A stretch of 63,845 nucleotides of DNA, counting the filler, from Pelomyxa schiedti (lineage: Eukaryota > Protista > Evosea), in assembly GCA_020536535.1 (NCBI GenBank). It is 10 parts of 10 records of this genome, joined end to end, with 100 filler letters (N's around TTAATTAATTAA, not from the genome) between each part and the next. Parts side by side here need not be neighbours in the genome. Positions count along the whole stretch, not along the records: positions 1 to 5,493 come from JAHLWZ010001496.1; positions 5,594 to 8,462 come from JAHLWZ010001866.1; positions 8,563 to 18,253 come from JAHLWZ010000136.1; 7 more parts are not named here. One strand, 5' to 3'. Numbering within the stretch: position 1 is the first letter of the stretch; every line of letters begins with the position of its first letter. The position numbers and the translations under genes are program-made. Below are positions 1 to 11,674 of this stretch, piece by piece. The notes beneath the pieces are model-generated. The model was not told the DNA's origin. It did no database searches and saw only the letters and a program-made list of their open reading frames with translations.

Positions 1-1012
1 AAAATAATATTCTCATGTGATGTAGCTTTGGATTTGATCCAGTGATTTCCTGAGCTTCCCATATGAGTGTCTAGCATTCCTGTGCTTAATAGAACACTTG
101 CCGGGTATTGTATGTACAATTTTCACGATTTCTGTGCTAATGTCATTGTAGAGTGCATGCTGGTAGTGCCGGAAATGTCCGCTTAAGTGCTGTAAATGTC
201 AGCTTCCATGCCGGAAATGTCCACTTCTGTCCCCATGGAAACAATGGGGAGTGCCCCCTCCAGATGCCAATGCAGAAGCACATTGTGGTGTCTGCAACAG
301 TAACGACTTAAAACCAAGTTATTGAGTCAACGTCACACTGAGGACAAGTCACCTCCAGAGAGACACTGTGCCATCTCAGTACAGCTTGTTATGGGTGACT
401 ACAACAGCATTGCCATGCACATTTAATGTCCTCTGTGCCTGCTGCATGTGTGTTTACTTCACGAACGGAAAAATAATTCTTTTTTTCTGTGAAGAACGGA
501 TTTTTTTTTTCTGGACCAGGGCACTTTTGGCAAAAAAAAATCCTTTCTCCCTTCAGGGCCCAGAGACCGCTGCAGGACCAAGCACATTTTCTGGTCCACC
601 CTTTGGGCCAGCTAAATCCAAAAGAGCAGATTTTTCCATCCACCCCCGACTGAGAACAACACTCTGATTCATCAAAACGAATTTAGTGTGAGTCCCAAAA
701 ATACAGAAAAGCACGCGATGTTTGCCTGATTCACGTATGGACACGGCACCGAGGCTCACATCAACAAAAGCAGTAATTGGAGAGACAGACGTACACGCAA
801 TAATGGGAACAGCTGCCCTACAGCGGCGATGAAGGAGCCGAGCCCGAGCACAACGATTGGGCGCACGAGTGGAGTGAGGACGAGAAAACACGACGCTACG
901 ACTAGGAGGAGGAAGAGAGGGCGGAGACGACGGCGAGGAGGAGTGGGCAAAATGAGTACGAGGGGGGAATGATGCATCGCCGACGTCAAATTGGTGGAGG
1001 CGCAGGGGCGTC

Positions 1013-2050
1013 GTGCATCAGATAGCCCCCGCGTGCTTCTGTGACACCTACGCCAACGGCGACGGTCGGGGCGACATTATGGGAATGATCATGTATGTGC
1101 ATTGTGTTGCCTGGCAATTTTTTTTTGATACAGAGACTTGGGGTGTGATGCTATACACCTGGGTTAACAAACAAAGAAGGATGCTTAGTTACTCTGGGAA
1201 AGTGCGCATGCGAGGGGAATTGCTGTAGTTCTGAATTGGGTGCCCAACCACACTTCTGGTTCTCACAAGTGGTTTCAGCAGTCAAAGTCTTAAAGGAGAT
1301 TGTACATGTGGGCTGATCCTAGTCCCAACAGTGGGCCTCCTAAGCAACTGGTAACGATCCACTATCAAAATTGAGATCTAATCATCTCAGGAATCCATCA
1401 TTTGCCACAGCAAAAAGTTTCGTGGATGTTTGATCTTGGAACAGGGCAGTATTATATGCACTCGTTCACGCCGGAGCAACCAGATCTCAACTGGAGATGC
1501 CAAGGGCTGGTTCATGCTACGCACGCTCTAATGCACAACTGGATGGACCTTGGAATTTTTGATGGTTTTAGGCTGATGCAATGGGCTTTTTAGTCAAGTA
1601 AACACATCCTCTTTTCAATATTGTCTAAAATATCTATTATGAGATGAATGAATAAACCCAGAATGCAAGCCAGGGGTGATTTCTACTTCAAGACTTCTCC
1701 ATATAGGAACAGAAAATCTCCCTCAGGTCAGGTGTCCTCTGAGTGGGTTGCTGTGTACTGACGTTATAAAGGGATTCCAACGTGTTGTCGCATATCACTG
1801 TGATGGACAAAGTGTTGATGGGTGAGCTATGGTACCCTAACGAGACAGCTATAAGGTTTTATGGTGCTCCGATTGTTTGGCAAGACAAGTGAAAGTTATG
1901 CCAAGTTCTATGAGAACAATTCAGGTGACAGAAGCCGACATTACAGTGCACTATTACTATGATGAATGCCATCTACCCTTGAATATGTCTCTGGTTGATT
2001 CTGTTGTCAACCCATAGAATGTAGAAGCACCAATTGAGGAATATATGCTA
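1013..2050 (+). pseudogene. Degraded GH13 alpha-glucosidase/alpha-amylase family gene
   Basis: GH13 motifs occur in order but across frames and stops: QIAPACFCDTYANGDGRGDIMG (cf. YQIYPRSF.DSNGDGIGDL), VPNHTSGSHKWFQQS (~1240), QYYMHSFTPEQPDLNWR, WMDLGIFDGFRL, DKVLMGELW. Confidence 0.8.
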
Positions 2051-3760
2051 GGTCACAAGAGGTCCATGCCCTAATGTACCCCTCATCCAAGATGGTGATG
2101 AATTTACCCTTCGCATCACTGTTCAGTTGGGCTCGTTTTGTTTGTAGTGCTCGTTGTGGTGTTTGCAGTGCCTTTGAGCCATGGGGATTACTGTGGACAA
2201 AAAAAAACCATTTCTACAAAAATTCTTTTCTACTTCTTCACAAGCAATGATCAACAAACAGGGAAGAGACAACAGGTGACGTCTGTGAACTCTGCCTGGA
2301 TGATAACAGAGTAGATGAGGTGAAAAGTTAGATTGTGTTGGGAGAGTAGTCAATGAAGGAAACCACCGCACATCCCCTTGAACCTGGAGTGCACAGTGCG
2401 GCTGCACTGTGATACCTACTATGGGTTGAATGGAAGGAGGGACATCCTGGAGAACACCCTGTTGTTGACAATGGTGGAATGGAGACCAGAGAAACTCTGA
2501 GTTTCTTTGCGTCAGTGTGTCATCAGCATTTAATCCCTTGCTTAGACAGTATTGTTGAAAGAGTAGATTTCTTGCACAGTGTGCATTTTCTGGGCTGCGT
2601 TTGTGGTTGGCCTGATGGATGTTGTAAGCCCTGGAGTTGTATAAAATTTGCACGTTGTAGAACCGTGGAATCTTGCTCCATATTCAATACTTCACAGTCC
2701 TGGAATGCTGTGTCATTGCTGAAGGGCAAATGGAAATTAGCTGATGTTTGGCAATAGAGTCTTCCCCACCGTTTACGGCAGTCGCCAATGAGTCATGTGG
2801 CACGGTTGTGGGAGATCCATGGCAAATGGAAAGAGGCTTCCATTTCTTCCCTCATTGTGCAGTTCCCTTATTGATGGACTTGGTTGTGACGAGAGGGCAG
2901 CAATGCAATGCCCGACCTTCGCTGTGCTTTCTTGGTATGTTTCAATACAAATTAGTTTGTTCCCTTCCTGAATAGGGTCATTTGAATTAAGTTTGTCAGA
3001 ACCAAAAGGAAAAGATACTGTAGATTTTGTTGGGAACAGCAAGAAATAATACTGATATTCAACTGAGAGACCAACACTCCCACACAGGGTGTTCAAGGTC
3101 TAAATCCACAACAAGAGAATGTCAGAGGATGCAGACGTCATTTTTTGGGCAACTGAGAGATGAGGAATGCCTTAAAGTCACAGCAGAAGCGGAAAAGAGT
3201 TGGGGTGCATCATCTCCCACAACTGTGTCATCGCTTTGGCCTCGCCAACATTAGTTCAACATGCCCCTTGAAGGTTTTTTCCCCCCAATGAGGACAATTG
3301 CGTAGGAAGTCGGTGCTTGATAGTTGTTTCGAGGCATGAATAGTTGCTAGATAAGTGCACTCTTTGTTCTCTCTTGGTTGTGTGTAGCTATCGCCGTTCA
3401 CTGTACTGGAGTTGCTTGTGTCTACCAGGGTTTGTTTCCATTTTCGCTGCTACAGAGGTTTGCAGGTTTTGAAGTGTTTCTTCGGTCCTGATACTAACCA
3501 TTTACTTTCACACCCCCTGCAGCTTACTCAATTTCTCTGCTTTTGCATGCTGGTTTTGAGGTCGGTAATGAAAGACTGGAAGGCTTCTATCTTGGATTGG
3601 GCTGCTTCTTCCTACTGTGCAAAATGGAAGTACTGTTGGAAATTCCAGATGGGAGGCAATCTCACTCTTCTTTCTTCCAACTCTTCTTCTTGTTCGAGCA
3701 TTTCCTTCAAATGCACTTTGACTAACCTTGAGACCATCTGCTTTATCTACAGTGAGCTGC

Positions 3761-4340
3761 TCACTCCAGATTTTTTGAAGCTTGATCCTTGTCTTCAAGG
3801 GTTTTCGTTAGGTTGCTCTCTAGCTCACTGCTTAGCTGTTTTAATTTTTGTTGCAGCTGATCCTCTGTTTCTTCACAGATGAGTATCCTCTTTGGTTGAT
3901 AAATTCCTCCAGTTTGGCTCACTCTAACTCCAACTCGGCGATTTTTTCTTGGAATATTGAAACCCGCTGCTTCAGCTGTGCAATCTCCATTTGCCCCCAC
4001 ATGAGAGGTTTGTTTGCCAATTTTATCTCCTATAATACTAGCACCACCTCTTTCTCGTGATCCAATTCAGTGGCTAGGAGATCCAATCTTTTCTTCCATT
4101 CTTGTTCACCAGCTTGGTGCTCAGCTGTAAGCTCCTCATAATCGTGGTTGACGGACTCTATTTGCAACTTCAGGTCAGCACATCGGGTTTGCAGTATCTG
4201 TTTCTCAGATTCAAGTGCCTGCATTCCCAGAACTGTACTGTCAAGGATCTTCTCAGTTGCACTTCTTTCAGAATCCAGCTTCAGCTCTGAATCAAGGCCT
4301 TTTTGTTGACAAGCCTCAAGTGAACTCTGGGTATTACAAG
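3761..4340 (-). pseudogene. Fragmented coiled-coil ORF(s), function unknown
   Basis: Broken ORFs 4030-4224 and 3761-4000 with E/K/Q/L heptad-like composition, directly downstream of a truncated transposase. Confidence 0.35.
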
Positions 4341-4450
4341 TAGTTTTCTATAGTTCACTCAACTTCTGAACCACAGAGATGGTGGATTTGCTGTCTTCCA
4401 CAAGGAGATTTGTCTCCAGTTCACTTTTTTGGGTGGTCGACAAAGAATTG

Positions 4451-5157
4451 TTAGGTGAAGATAGGATTAAATTGTGGATACCTGAAGAAACTCCCTTTGC
4501 CATGGGGACGAGGAACCAAGATAGGAGTGTGGTCTCCAATGAATCCAATAAAAGATAAGGGGTCATCAGGGTTGGCATGATGAAGGCGGCTTGGGTGACT
4601 CAAGAACCACTTTTGGGTCAACTTGTTGTAGATGTGAGGGTGTACCCTGCTGATAGCATCGCACCCTTGGTCCTCTGAAATACCATAATGTGGGGCCAGG
4701 TGCTTAATGGTACTGCCAGAGGCAAGAAAGTCAAGATAAAAAAGAATTGAGTCAGCAGTGGTGATGACAGGCCTCTTTCCCCTTCGGCCACTCTCAATGG
4801 CAGGCACCAACAAACAGATTCATTGTTGCATCCAATCGATATCAAAGTGATACACATTGTAGAACCGCTGTTAAAAAATGAGAGAGAAAAAAGGAAATTA
4901 TGTAGGATTACCCTGGGGTAGTTTTGAAATGATTGCATCTTATCAAATCTGTTTGTACTTACTGCATGTGGCCTCTCAATTGGAGCATTTGTTAGAAGTT
5001 CAAGTGCACGTTGGCTCCTGTAAAGTGATGAGATTATTGTGTTGTTCCTTGATGTTAACCTTGCAATGGAATCATCTAAGTGTGTATTGGCTGGTTCACC
5101 TGTTAGATCAATTCTAAAGAAGTTCTGGACTGTCCCTCGTTGGAAACTAGGAGTCAT
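4451..5157 (-). mobile_element. Truncated PIF/Harbinger-type transposase (HTH plus first catalytic Asp)
   Basis: DSILFYLDFLASGSTIKHLAPHYGISEDQGCDAISRVHPHI...FIGDHTPILVPRP aligns by eye with the copy at 53313-53588. No downstream D/E motifs are seen. Confidence 0.75.
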
Positions 5158-5493
5158 AATTGAGGCAACTACAATGAACTTAGGAATGAATCAAAAACGA
5201 ATGAGTTAACTAGTTTTAGGATAGGTGGGGGAGGGAGGGAGGAGGGAGTTGGCGAGATACCCCCCCCTCTCCTCTCCCCCCTCCCCCCCTCCCGTCTCTC
5301 GTTGAAGTTGCTTCACATGAGGTGAGAGTGGAAGTAACAGCTCCAGGAGTGAGAATGGATGATGTCATAGCAGAAGTTCCAGAAGTTGCAGTGTATGCAG
5401 TCATAGCCCCAGAAACTGTGGCATTGGAAGTGGCAACACCAGAATTCACATTCGAGTTTGTGCATGAAGTCACATCAAAGAGGGAAGAAACAC

Positions 5494-5593
5494 NNNNNNN
5501 NNNNNNNNNNNNNNNNNNNNNNNNNNNNNNNNNNNNNTTAATTAATTAANNNNNNNNNNNNNNNNNNNNNNNNNNNNNNNNNNNNNNNNNNNN
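5494..5593. other. Artificial contig spacer; the same spacer recurs at 8463-8562, 18254-18353, 20519-20618, 28586-28685, 58642-58741, 60234-60333, 61587-61686 and 62689-62788
   Basis: Identical 100-bp N44-TTAATTAATTAA-N44 block with stops in all six frames. Plain 100-N scaffold gaps also occur at 9112-9211 and 27789-27888. Confidence 0.98.
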
Positions 5594-6282
5594 GCAGATG
5601 GGTTGTCGTTGTGGATTCAGTTTACCTGATCATGTGGAGGCTCTGGGGTGGTGGGCATTTGTTCACTGGGGAGTGCCGTGAAAGTATCAAGCTGGACAGG
5701 TCACCAGTTGGCTGCGCATTACAGGTTCAAGACCCTGATGTCATGCTCCTGGCTGCTGGGAAGCCAAATCACGATTTCAGTGGGTTTTTACTGTGGCATG
5801 TTGACCTGATCGAGAGCTTCAACCAGAGAGTTGTGTTCAAGAAGCCTCCTGTTCGTCTCCCACCTGGCCTGCACCACCACAAAACGGTTCTTGGTGGTGA
5901 CCCAATCTGCACTGTTTCAGCTTCACTTGGCAGTGACACATTCGACATCCACAACACAACCACCAACCAAACTCACCAACTTGAAGGAAGTTTCAGCCCC
6001 CTTGGCAGCAACCTCTTTGCATTGTGCATATTCACAAATGATCTCGTGTACAAGGTGTTCCACACCAGCGAGCTCCACAAGCCCTGCATTGTGCTTCCTC
6101 ACAGGAGGGGAATCCCAGGAGCCAGAGATGGCAGTGTCATGCAAGTAATCAGAATGACCTCTGGTGGGTGTGTTGTGTGGCAGTGTGCAAAAGCAGGTGG
6201 TGGATATTTGGAGAAATACGCCGTAACTGATGCTGTGTCTGACACTCTGCTTGCTTTTGTGTGTTACAACAACCTCGGCTAG
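5594..6282 (+). CDS. 3' part of a lineage-specific beta-rich multigene family member (paralog of 6413-7762)
   Basis: Shares RWVVVDS/LWHVDL, HNTTT, IPGARDGS and YAVTDA..DTLLAF with the downstream ORF. The 5' end is cut by the contig edge. Confidence 0.7.
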
Positions 6283-6412
6283 TACTCAAGCCGATTTGGC
6301 AACGGATGTAAAAAAGAAGTGCAACAGAAGGTGGGTTGTGGTGGATTCAGTCGAACTACGATTTCAGTGGGTTCCCGGGACTCAAAAAAAAAAACACTAC
6401 AGTCTGTTGACG

Positions 6413-7762
6413 ATGGGCAACGCATCCAGCAAACCGACTTCGGCAGCTGCGCCCCCACCCCCGCGACCCACCAACAGGCCCATTACTCTCGACGCCGTGA
6501 TACAAGCCGCGGACCAGTTCGTCGCGTTTGCATGCGGATCAATTGTGTCCAGGACCAGGGCAATGTCGCCGGCCAGGCTCCTCGCCGCGTCGCCGTCGAT
6601 GGTCGAGCAGTTTGGCAGGGAGTGGGTCGTGCGCGCCTGCAGGGACGTGGTTCTGACCGTGAACGTGAACTACATGCCCGAGGTGAGCAAGTACGATCAG
6701 GCGCACGTGTGGATGTCCGTGTCGCCGACCCTTGGTGTCGTGAGGTCGGCCCAGTTTGGCACTTCGGATACCACGGAGCACCAGCTCATTGGTCACATTG
6801 GGTGGGACTGGGAATCGTCGACGACGGCCACAACAGAAGCAGAACTGAGGGCAGAAAACAACAAAGAGCTGCTCGGGGCAGGCAAGAGCGATCGTGGCGG
6901 TGGTGACAGGCTGGTGGCTGTGGAGGGGTTCATTGGTATTTCTATTGATGTTGTGGATGGAAGTGGGAGTGTGGTTGAGAATCTTCGTGAAGCGAGGTTC
7001 AGTCTGGAGGATCACCGCTACTGTTGCACCTCAAAGTGGCTTGTGTTGATCGTGAAAGTGGAAATGACACTGTGGAAGCTCGGCGGCGATGGCACTCAGA
7101 GCACAAGCGTAAAAATAAATCTGGAGGGGCAGGTCCACGATCTGGTGCCACACGAGTGTGACCCAGACTTGATAATCATGCCCTTTTCCAACTCCACAGG
7201 GTTGTTCCTGTGGCACATCGATTTGAAGAACACCTTTGCCCAGAAGGAAATTGTGCTCAGGAGGGATCCCACCCCTCTCCCTTTTACCTACTACCAGTAC
7301 ATCAGGGTTATTGGTTGCGATCCAAACATATGTATTGTTTCCATTGAGGAGGGCCGCGCAGTGTATCAAGTATACAACACCACAACCAAGTGCACCCACG
7401 CCCTCACTCGTTGTCCACTACCAATCAGAGGCCACCTTTTCACACCCCAGATGAGCACCACTGATGAAACAGATGAAATCTTCCACGTGTTCCACACTTC
7501 CAACCCCAGCACTCCCTTCATTTCTGTTCCGTGCAAGAGGGAAATACCAGGTGCAACAGATGGCTCCCAGATGCACTTAACCTTATCCACAGATACACTT
7601 ACCATTATCTCTGATAAGGTTAGTTTTGTCACAGGTGGAGTTGTTGTGTGGGAGTGCATGCGAGTGCAGATGCCAGAAGGGTATCTGCGGCCGTGGCCAG
7701 CGAGGTATGCTATCACTGATGCTGAGACTGACACTCTTTTGGCTTTCCTTGATAACTCCTGA
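6413..7762 (+). CDS. Lineage-specific multigene family protein, intronless, with a possible N-myristoylation start (MGNASS)
   Basis: Long ORF with the family signature AADQFVAFACG...VWMSVSPTLGVV, shared with 9212-10122. Confidence 0.75.
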   Translation: MGNASSKPTSAAAPPPPRPTNRPITLDAVIQAADQFVAFACGSIVSRTRAMSPARLLAASPSMVEQFGREWVVRACRDVVLTVNVNYMPEVSKYDQAHVWMSVSPTLGVVRSAQFGTSDTTEHQLIGHIGWDWESSTTATTEAELRAENNKELLGAGKSDRGGGDRLVAVEGFIGISIDVVDGSGSVVENLREARFSLEDHRYCCTSKWLVLIVKVEMTLWKLGGDGTQSTSVKINLEGQVHDLVPHECDPDLIIMPFSNSTGLFLWHIDLKNTFAQKEIVLRRDPTPLPFTYYQYIRVIGCDPNICIVSIEEGRAVYQVYNTTTKCTHALTRCPLPIRGHLFTPQMSTTDETDEIFHVFHTSNPSTPFISVPCKREIPGATDGSQMHLTLSTDTLTIISDKVSFVTGGVVVWECMRVQMPEGYLRPWPARYAITDAETDTLLAFLDNS

Positions 7763-8248
7763 TGTTACTGATTCTAAACTGTTTAGTACACCATCGAAAT
7801 CTTTTGTCTGTTTTTGGAAAAACAAAAGATTAACCACCCAGTATCGTTGACCTTTAGACAACACAACCACCAACCAAATTCACAAACTTGAAGGAAGCTT
7901 CAGCCCCCTTGATGGCAGCCTCTTGGCAGTGAGCACTCACTGCTGTCTCATTCTGGTAATAGTCCAGATTCGGCTCAGTCCTCAGTCTCTCCAATCCCGC
8001 TAAAGTGCACCAGACTTCAGAGCCTCGCGAGCAAGGCCAAGTTCGTGTACTTTGTGGAAGTACACAGTTGGGAGTGGACAGGGGCACCATCACTGCCTCT
8101 GCTCTGTTCTGGCCTGCCACATTGCCGGCTTAGCACATGTATTCTTTCTCAGTTCTGCTAACCACTGTAGAATCTTACATCACAGCATTCAAGGCTCGAA
8201 AAACAAAACACTTCACACAATTTTCCCCAAAGTCTCAGGAAACCCTTT

Positions 8249-8280
8249 TAACCCTAACCCTAACCCTAACCCTAACCTAA
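8249..8280 (+). repeat. Interstitial (TAACCC)n telomere-like tract
   Basis: taaccctaaccctaaccctaaccctaacctaa: four perfect units plus one degenerate unit. Confidence 0.85.
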
Positions 8281-8562
8281 GTTGAAGAAGCAAGGCTTGC
8301 TAAAAAAAGTCTATCCTGCTTTGGGTAGCCCAAAACATACCCAAAACTTTGATTGAAATCAATGATACGCAACTCATTGGGAAACGATCAAAGCAACAAC
8401 CACCACGTCGACACTCCCAAGGTGTCTCAACCACAGCAGGAGGGCCAACCAGATCCGACCTCNNNNNNNNNNNNNNNNNNNNNNNNNNNNNNNNNNNNNN
8501 NNNNNNTTAATTAATTAANNNNNNNNNNNNNNNNNNNNNNNNNNNNNNNNNNNNNNNNNNNN

Positions 8563-9111
8563 CACCACCCAGCTGTTGTTGTTTGTGCCCCTCGCGTTCG
8601 TGACTGGCGTGTCATCGGCATCACTGGGAATAACAGGTACTAACAATGCCTTCTATCACTCACATCATTGCGTTGTAGTATTAACCCCCTTAGCGCGTAA
8701 CTAACTTCATCATTTGGTTCACACACACAGCGTGGATGTTGATGGTGCCGGTGATGATGGCCAAGGGGTGGCCACTGTTCACGGTGCTGTTTGTTGTTGG
8801 GTGCATGGACTTGGTTACTGGCACTGTGATGTCTTGTGTGTATGTGGGACAGCGGTACATTTGGAAGTGCTGGGTGTGGATGTCTGTCACTGTGCTCATG
8901 CTTGCTTGTGGATCATGCCTCATTGGTGAGTGTTTATATCAGAAGAATGTGAGAATACATACATATAATGCATTAGTAGTATTCATTGTTATCTTGACAC
9001 ATTGTTTTTAGTTGGTCTATTGCATGAGTGGATTTCCAATCACTTGAGTATCTTCCAACAGGGATCTGGGGTGATTGCAATACTGTTTGGATGTGGATTT
9101 GTTGCATTTGG
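8563..9111 (+). CDS. Partial near-identical duplicate of the TauE/SafE transporter gene
   Basis: Matches ~10244-10807 almost base for base; differences are mainly small intron indels. Cut by the contig edge and an N gap. Confidence 0.8.
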
Positions 9112-9211
9112 NNNNNNNNNNNNNNNNNNNNNNNNNNNNNNNNNNNNNNNNNNNNNNNNNNNNNNNNNNNNNNNNNNNNNNNNNNNNNNNNNNNNNNNNN
9201 NNNNNNNNNNN

Positions 9212-10122
9212 GTCGATGTGACAACCAGATTCCCCCGGATGAAGCTTTCTTCCAAGTCAATGAACTCCATAAATCCCGGTGGCCCTACCACCACAACAAC
9301 ATCATCAGACAGTGGTGAGAAACGGATAGTTTGTGCCGGCTTTTCTCGTTTGAAATGGTGCCCCTCCCGCTCTGACAGCACCAGGTTACCATCGCTATCA
9401 CTCCCGACCTTCCAGGCAAACATTTCCAACTGTTGGTACAGGCTCACAATCCAATTCTTGTTGCACAAACTGGAAAAAGGAGCTTCAAGCTCCTCCGCGG
9501 CGCATGTCAAGGTAGAACTACCATCATCACCACTGCCATCACTCACGTCCATAATGTCAAAGTAGTAGAAGCATTCAGGGCTATACGCAATTTTCATCCT
9601 AGTTTGCACCAGCACTGCAGAACCGCGGCCAACACACCCACACACGTAGGACCAATTATCATCGTGCCTGAACCAGTGTGATGACACCAGGCCCAGGGTA
9701 GGTGACACACTGACCCACAGCCAGCAGGTTCCCTCCGTCCAGGCGCGTGGCCTGAGAGCAAACACAGCAGCCTGGGCGGGCCTGAGGACCCACTCACTTG
9801 CCCAGGGCCTCACGAGGGCTGTGTTCTGCACACACGCGACCAAGGACGGCGACACCACTCCACAACGGGAGCCCCCCCCCTGTCGGTTGTTGTCATCGAT
9901 GACGGCGGACGTGGTGGTGGTTTCTTCCCCCACAGCAGCTGTTGGTGGTTGGGGTGCGCCTGGTTCTCTTCGTGCGACGATTGGAGCACAGAGCAATGCC
10001 ATGAGCTGGGATCTGGCGGTTGTGGTGGTTGCGCGGACGACGTGGGAATCCGTAGGCTGTCGCGGTCGTCGGGTTTCAAGTGGTTCTCGTTGCCTCCGCA
10101 GTCGGGGGTGGTGCTGTCCCAT
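9212..10122 (-). CDS. Lineage-specific multigene family protein (3' end lost in gap)
   Basis: ARSQLMALLCA...WLWVSVSPTLGLV...CNKNWIV...FIDLEESF, similar to 6413-7762. Confidence 0.7.
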
Positions 10123-10187
10123 TCTGCTTGTTTTGTTGATTAGCCTGCTTTAGCGGAAAGTGATCGCCTTCTGAGGACTCCTTTTAC

Positions 10188-11528
10188 ATGGATTACAACA
10201 ACACGTCGAGTGGAGAGTGGAGTAGCGGCAACGGCTCATGGGACACCACCCAGCTGTTGTTGTTTGTGCCCCTCGCGTTCGTGACTGGCGTGTCATCGGC
10301 ATCACTGGGAATAACAGGTACTAACAATGCCTTCTATCACTCACATCATAACGTTACGTTGTAGTATTAACCCCCTTAGCGCGTAACTAACTTCATCATT
10401 TGGTTCACACACACACACACAGCGTGGATGTTGATGGTGCCGGTGATGATGGCCAAGGGGTGGCCACTGTTCACGGTGCTGTTTGTTGTTGGGTGCATGG
10501 ACTTGGTTACTGGCACTGTGATGTCTTGCGTGTATGTGGGACAGCGGTACATTTGGAAGTGCTGGGTGTGGATGTCTGTCACTGTGCTCATGCTTGCTTG
10601 TGGATCATGCCTCATTGGTGAGTGTTGATATATCAAGAATGTAAGAATACATACATATAATGCATTCGTAGTATTCATTGTTTGTGATCTTGACACATTG
10701 TTTTTAGTTGGTCTATTGCATGAGTGGATTTCCAATCACTTGAGTATCTTCCAACAGGGATCTGGGGTGATTGCAATACTGTTTGGATGTGGATTTGTTG
10801 CATTTGGAATTATTGATATTGTCAAAACAGTGAGGAGAAAGAAGTCATTCTCAGCCAGCAGCAGTGAGCAAAATCATCTGTGCAATACGGACAGAGTTCC
10901 AAATGGTGATTGTCCTGAGAAGGATGAAGAGGAGCACTCACTGATTGTATCCGCTGTCTCTCCTCCTCTGGATCCTCAGACACAACAACTAAAGAGATTC
11001 CCAAACTCCAAATCACTTGTGGCATTCCTCTTCCAGAAGACCTTTCAAATTAATGGAATTGGAGTGGATGGCAAGCACGAACTTGATGAGGAGGTGAACT
11101 GGATAATATTGCACAAGTTCCACCCACACTGGGTTGTAATGAGGCTGCTCTACATCGTGGCTGTGTTCGTATGCTGCCTGTGTGTTGGCTATTTTGGATG
11201 GGGCAGCGGTGCATTCATAGTAATCATTCTAGGGATGCACACTGACATTGGGCTCAAGAGGGCCACAGGCAGTGGTGCAATTGTGATGGTTCTCAGCACC
11301 ATTGTGTACCTTTTCAACCTGGTTGCATGGGACTTGGTCTGCTGGACAGGTTGCATTGGCGGTGTGTGGCAGACATTGCTGTGCCTTGTGGCCACACAGA
11401 TTGCAGGCAGTGTGGTTGGCACAGTGCTGCTACTCCACATCCCAGTGACTGTTGTGAAGCTTGTCATAGGCATGGTTCTTCTCTTGGTGGGCATATTTGC
11501 CACATCATCATACTACATCATGACCTAA
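10188..11528 (+). CDS. TauE/SafE (TSUP) sulfite-exporter-like membrane protein, 2 introns
   Basis: Two hydrophobic halves, FVTGVSSASLGITAWMLMVP and VGYFGWGSGAFIVIILG...ATGSG, separated by a hydrophilic loop. GT-AG introns restore the frame. Confidence 0.7.
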
Positions 11529-11674
11529 TTCACTGGGTCCTGAGCAGTACCAAACAGGAAAACTTTTGATCGTTCAGCGAACCACTATTCCAATTTATAA
11601 TGAAATTTAATTAATTTAATTGAAAATAGTCTATTGTCATATTTTAATAGTACCACACTATTGTCACCGATATT

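Noticed and set aside
5538-5549. Recurrent TTAATTAATTAA motif as a biological repeat
   Set aside because: It is always centred in N runs of fixed length, so it is an artificial contig joiner.
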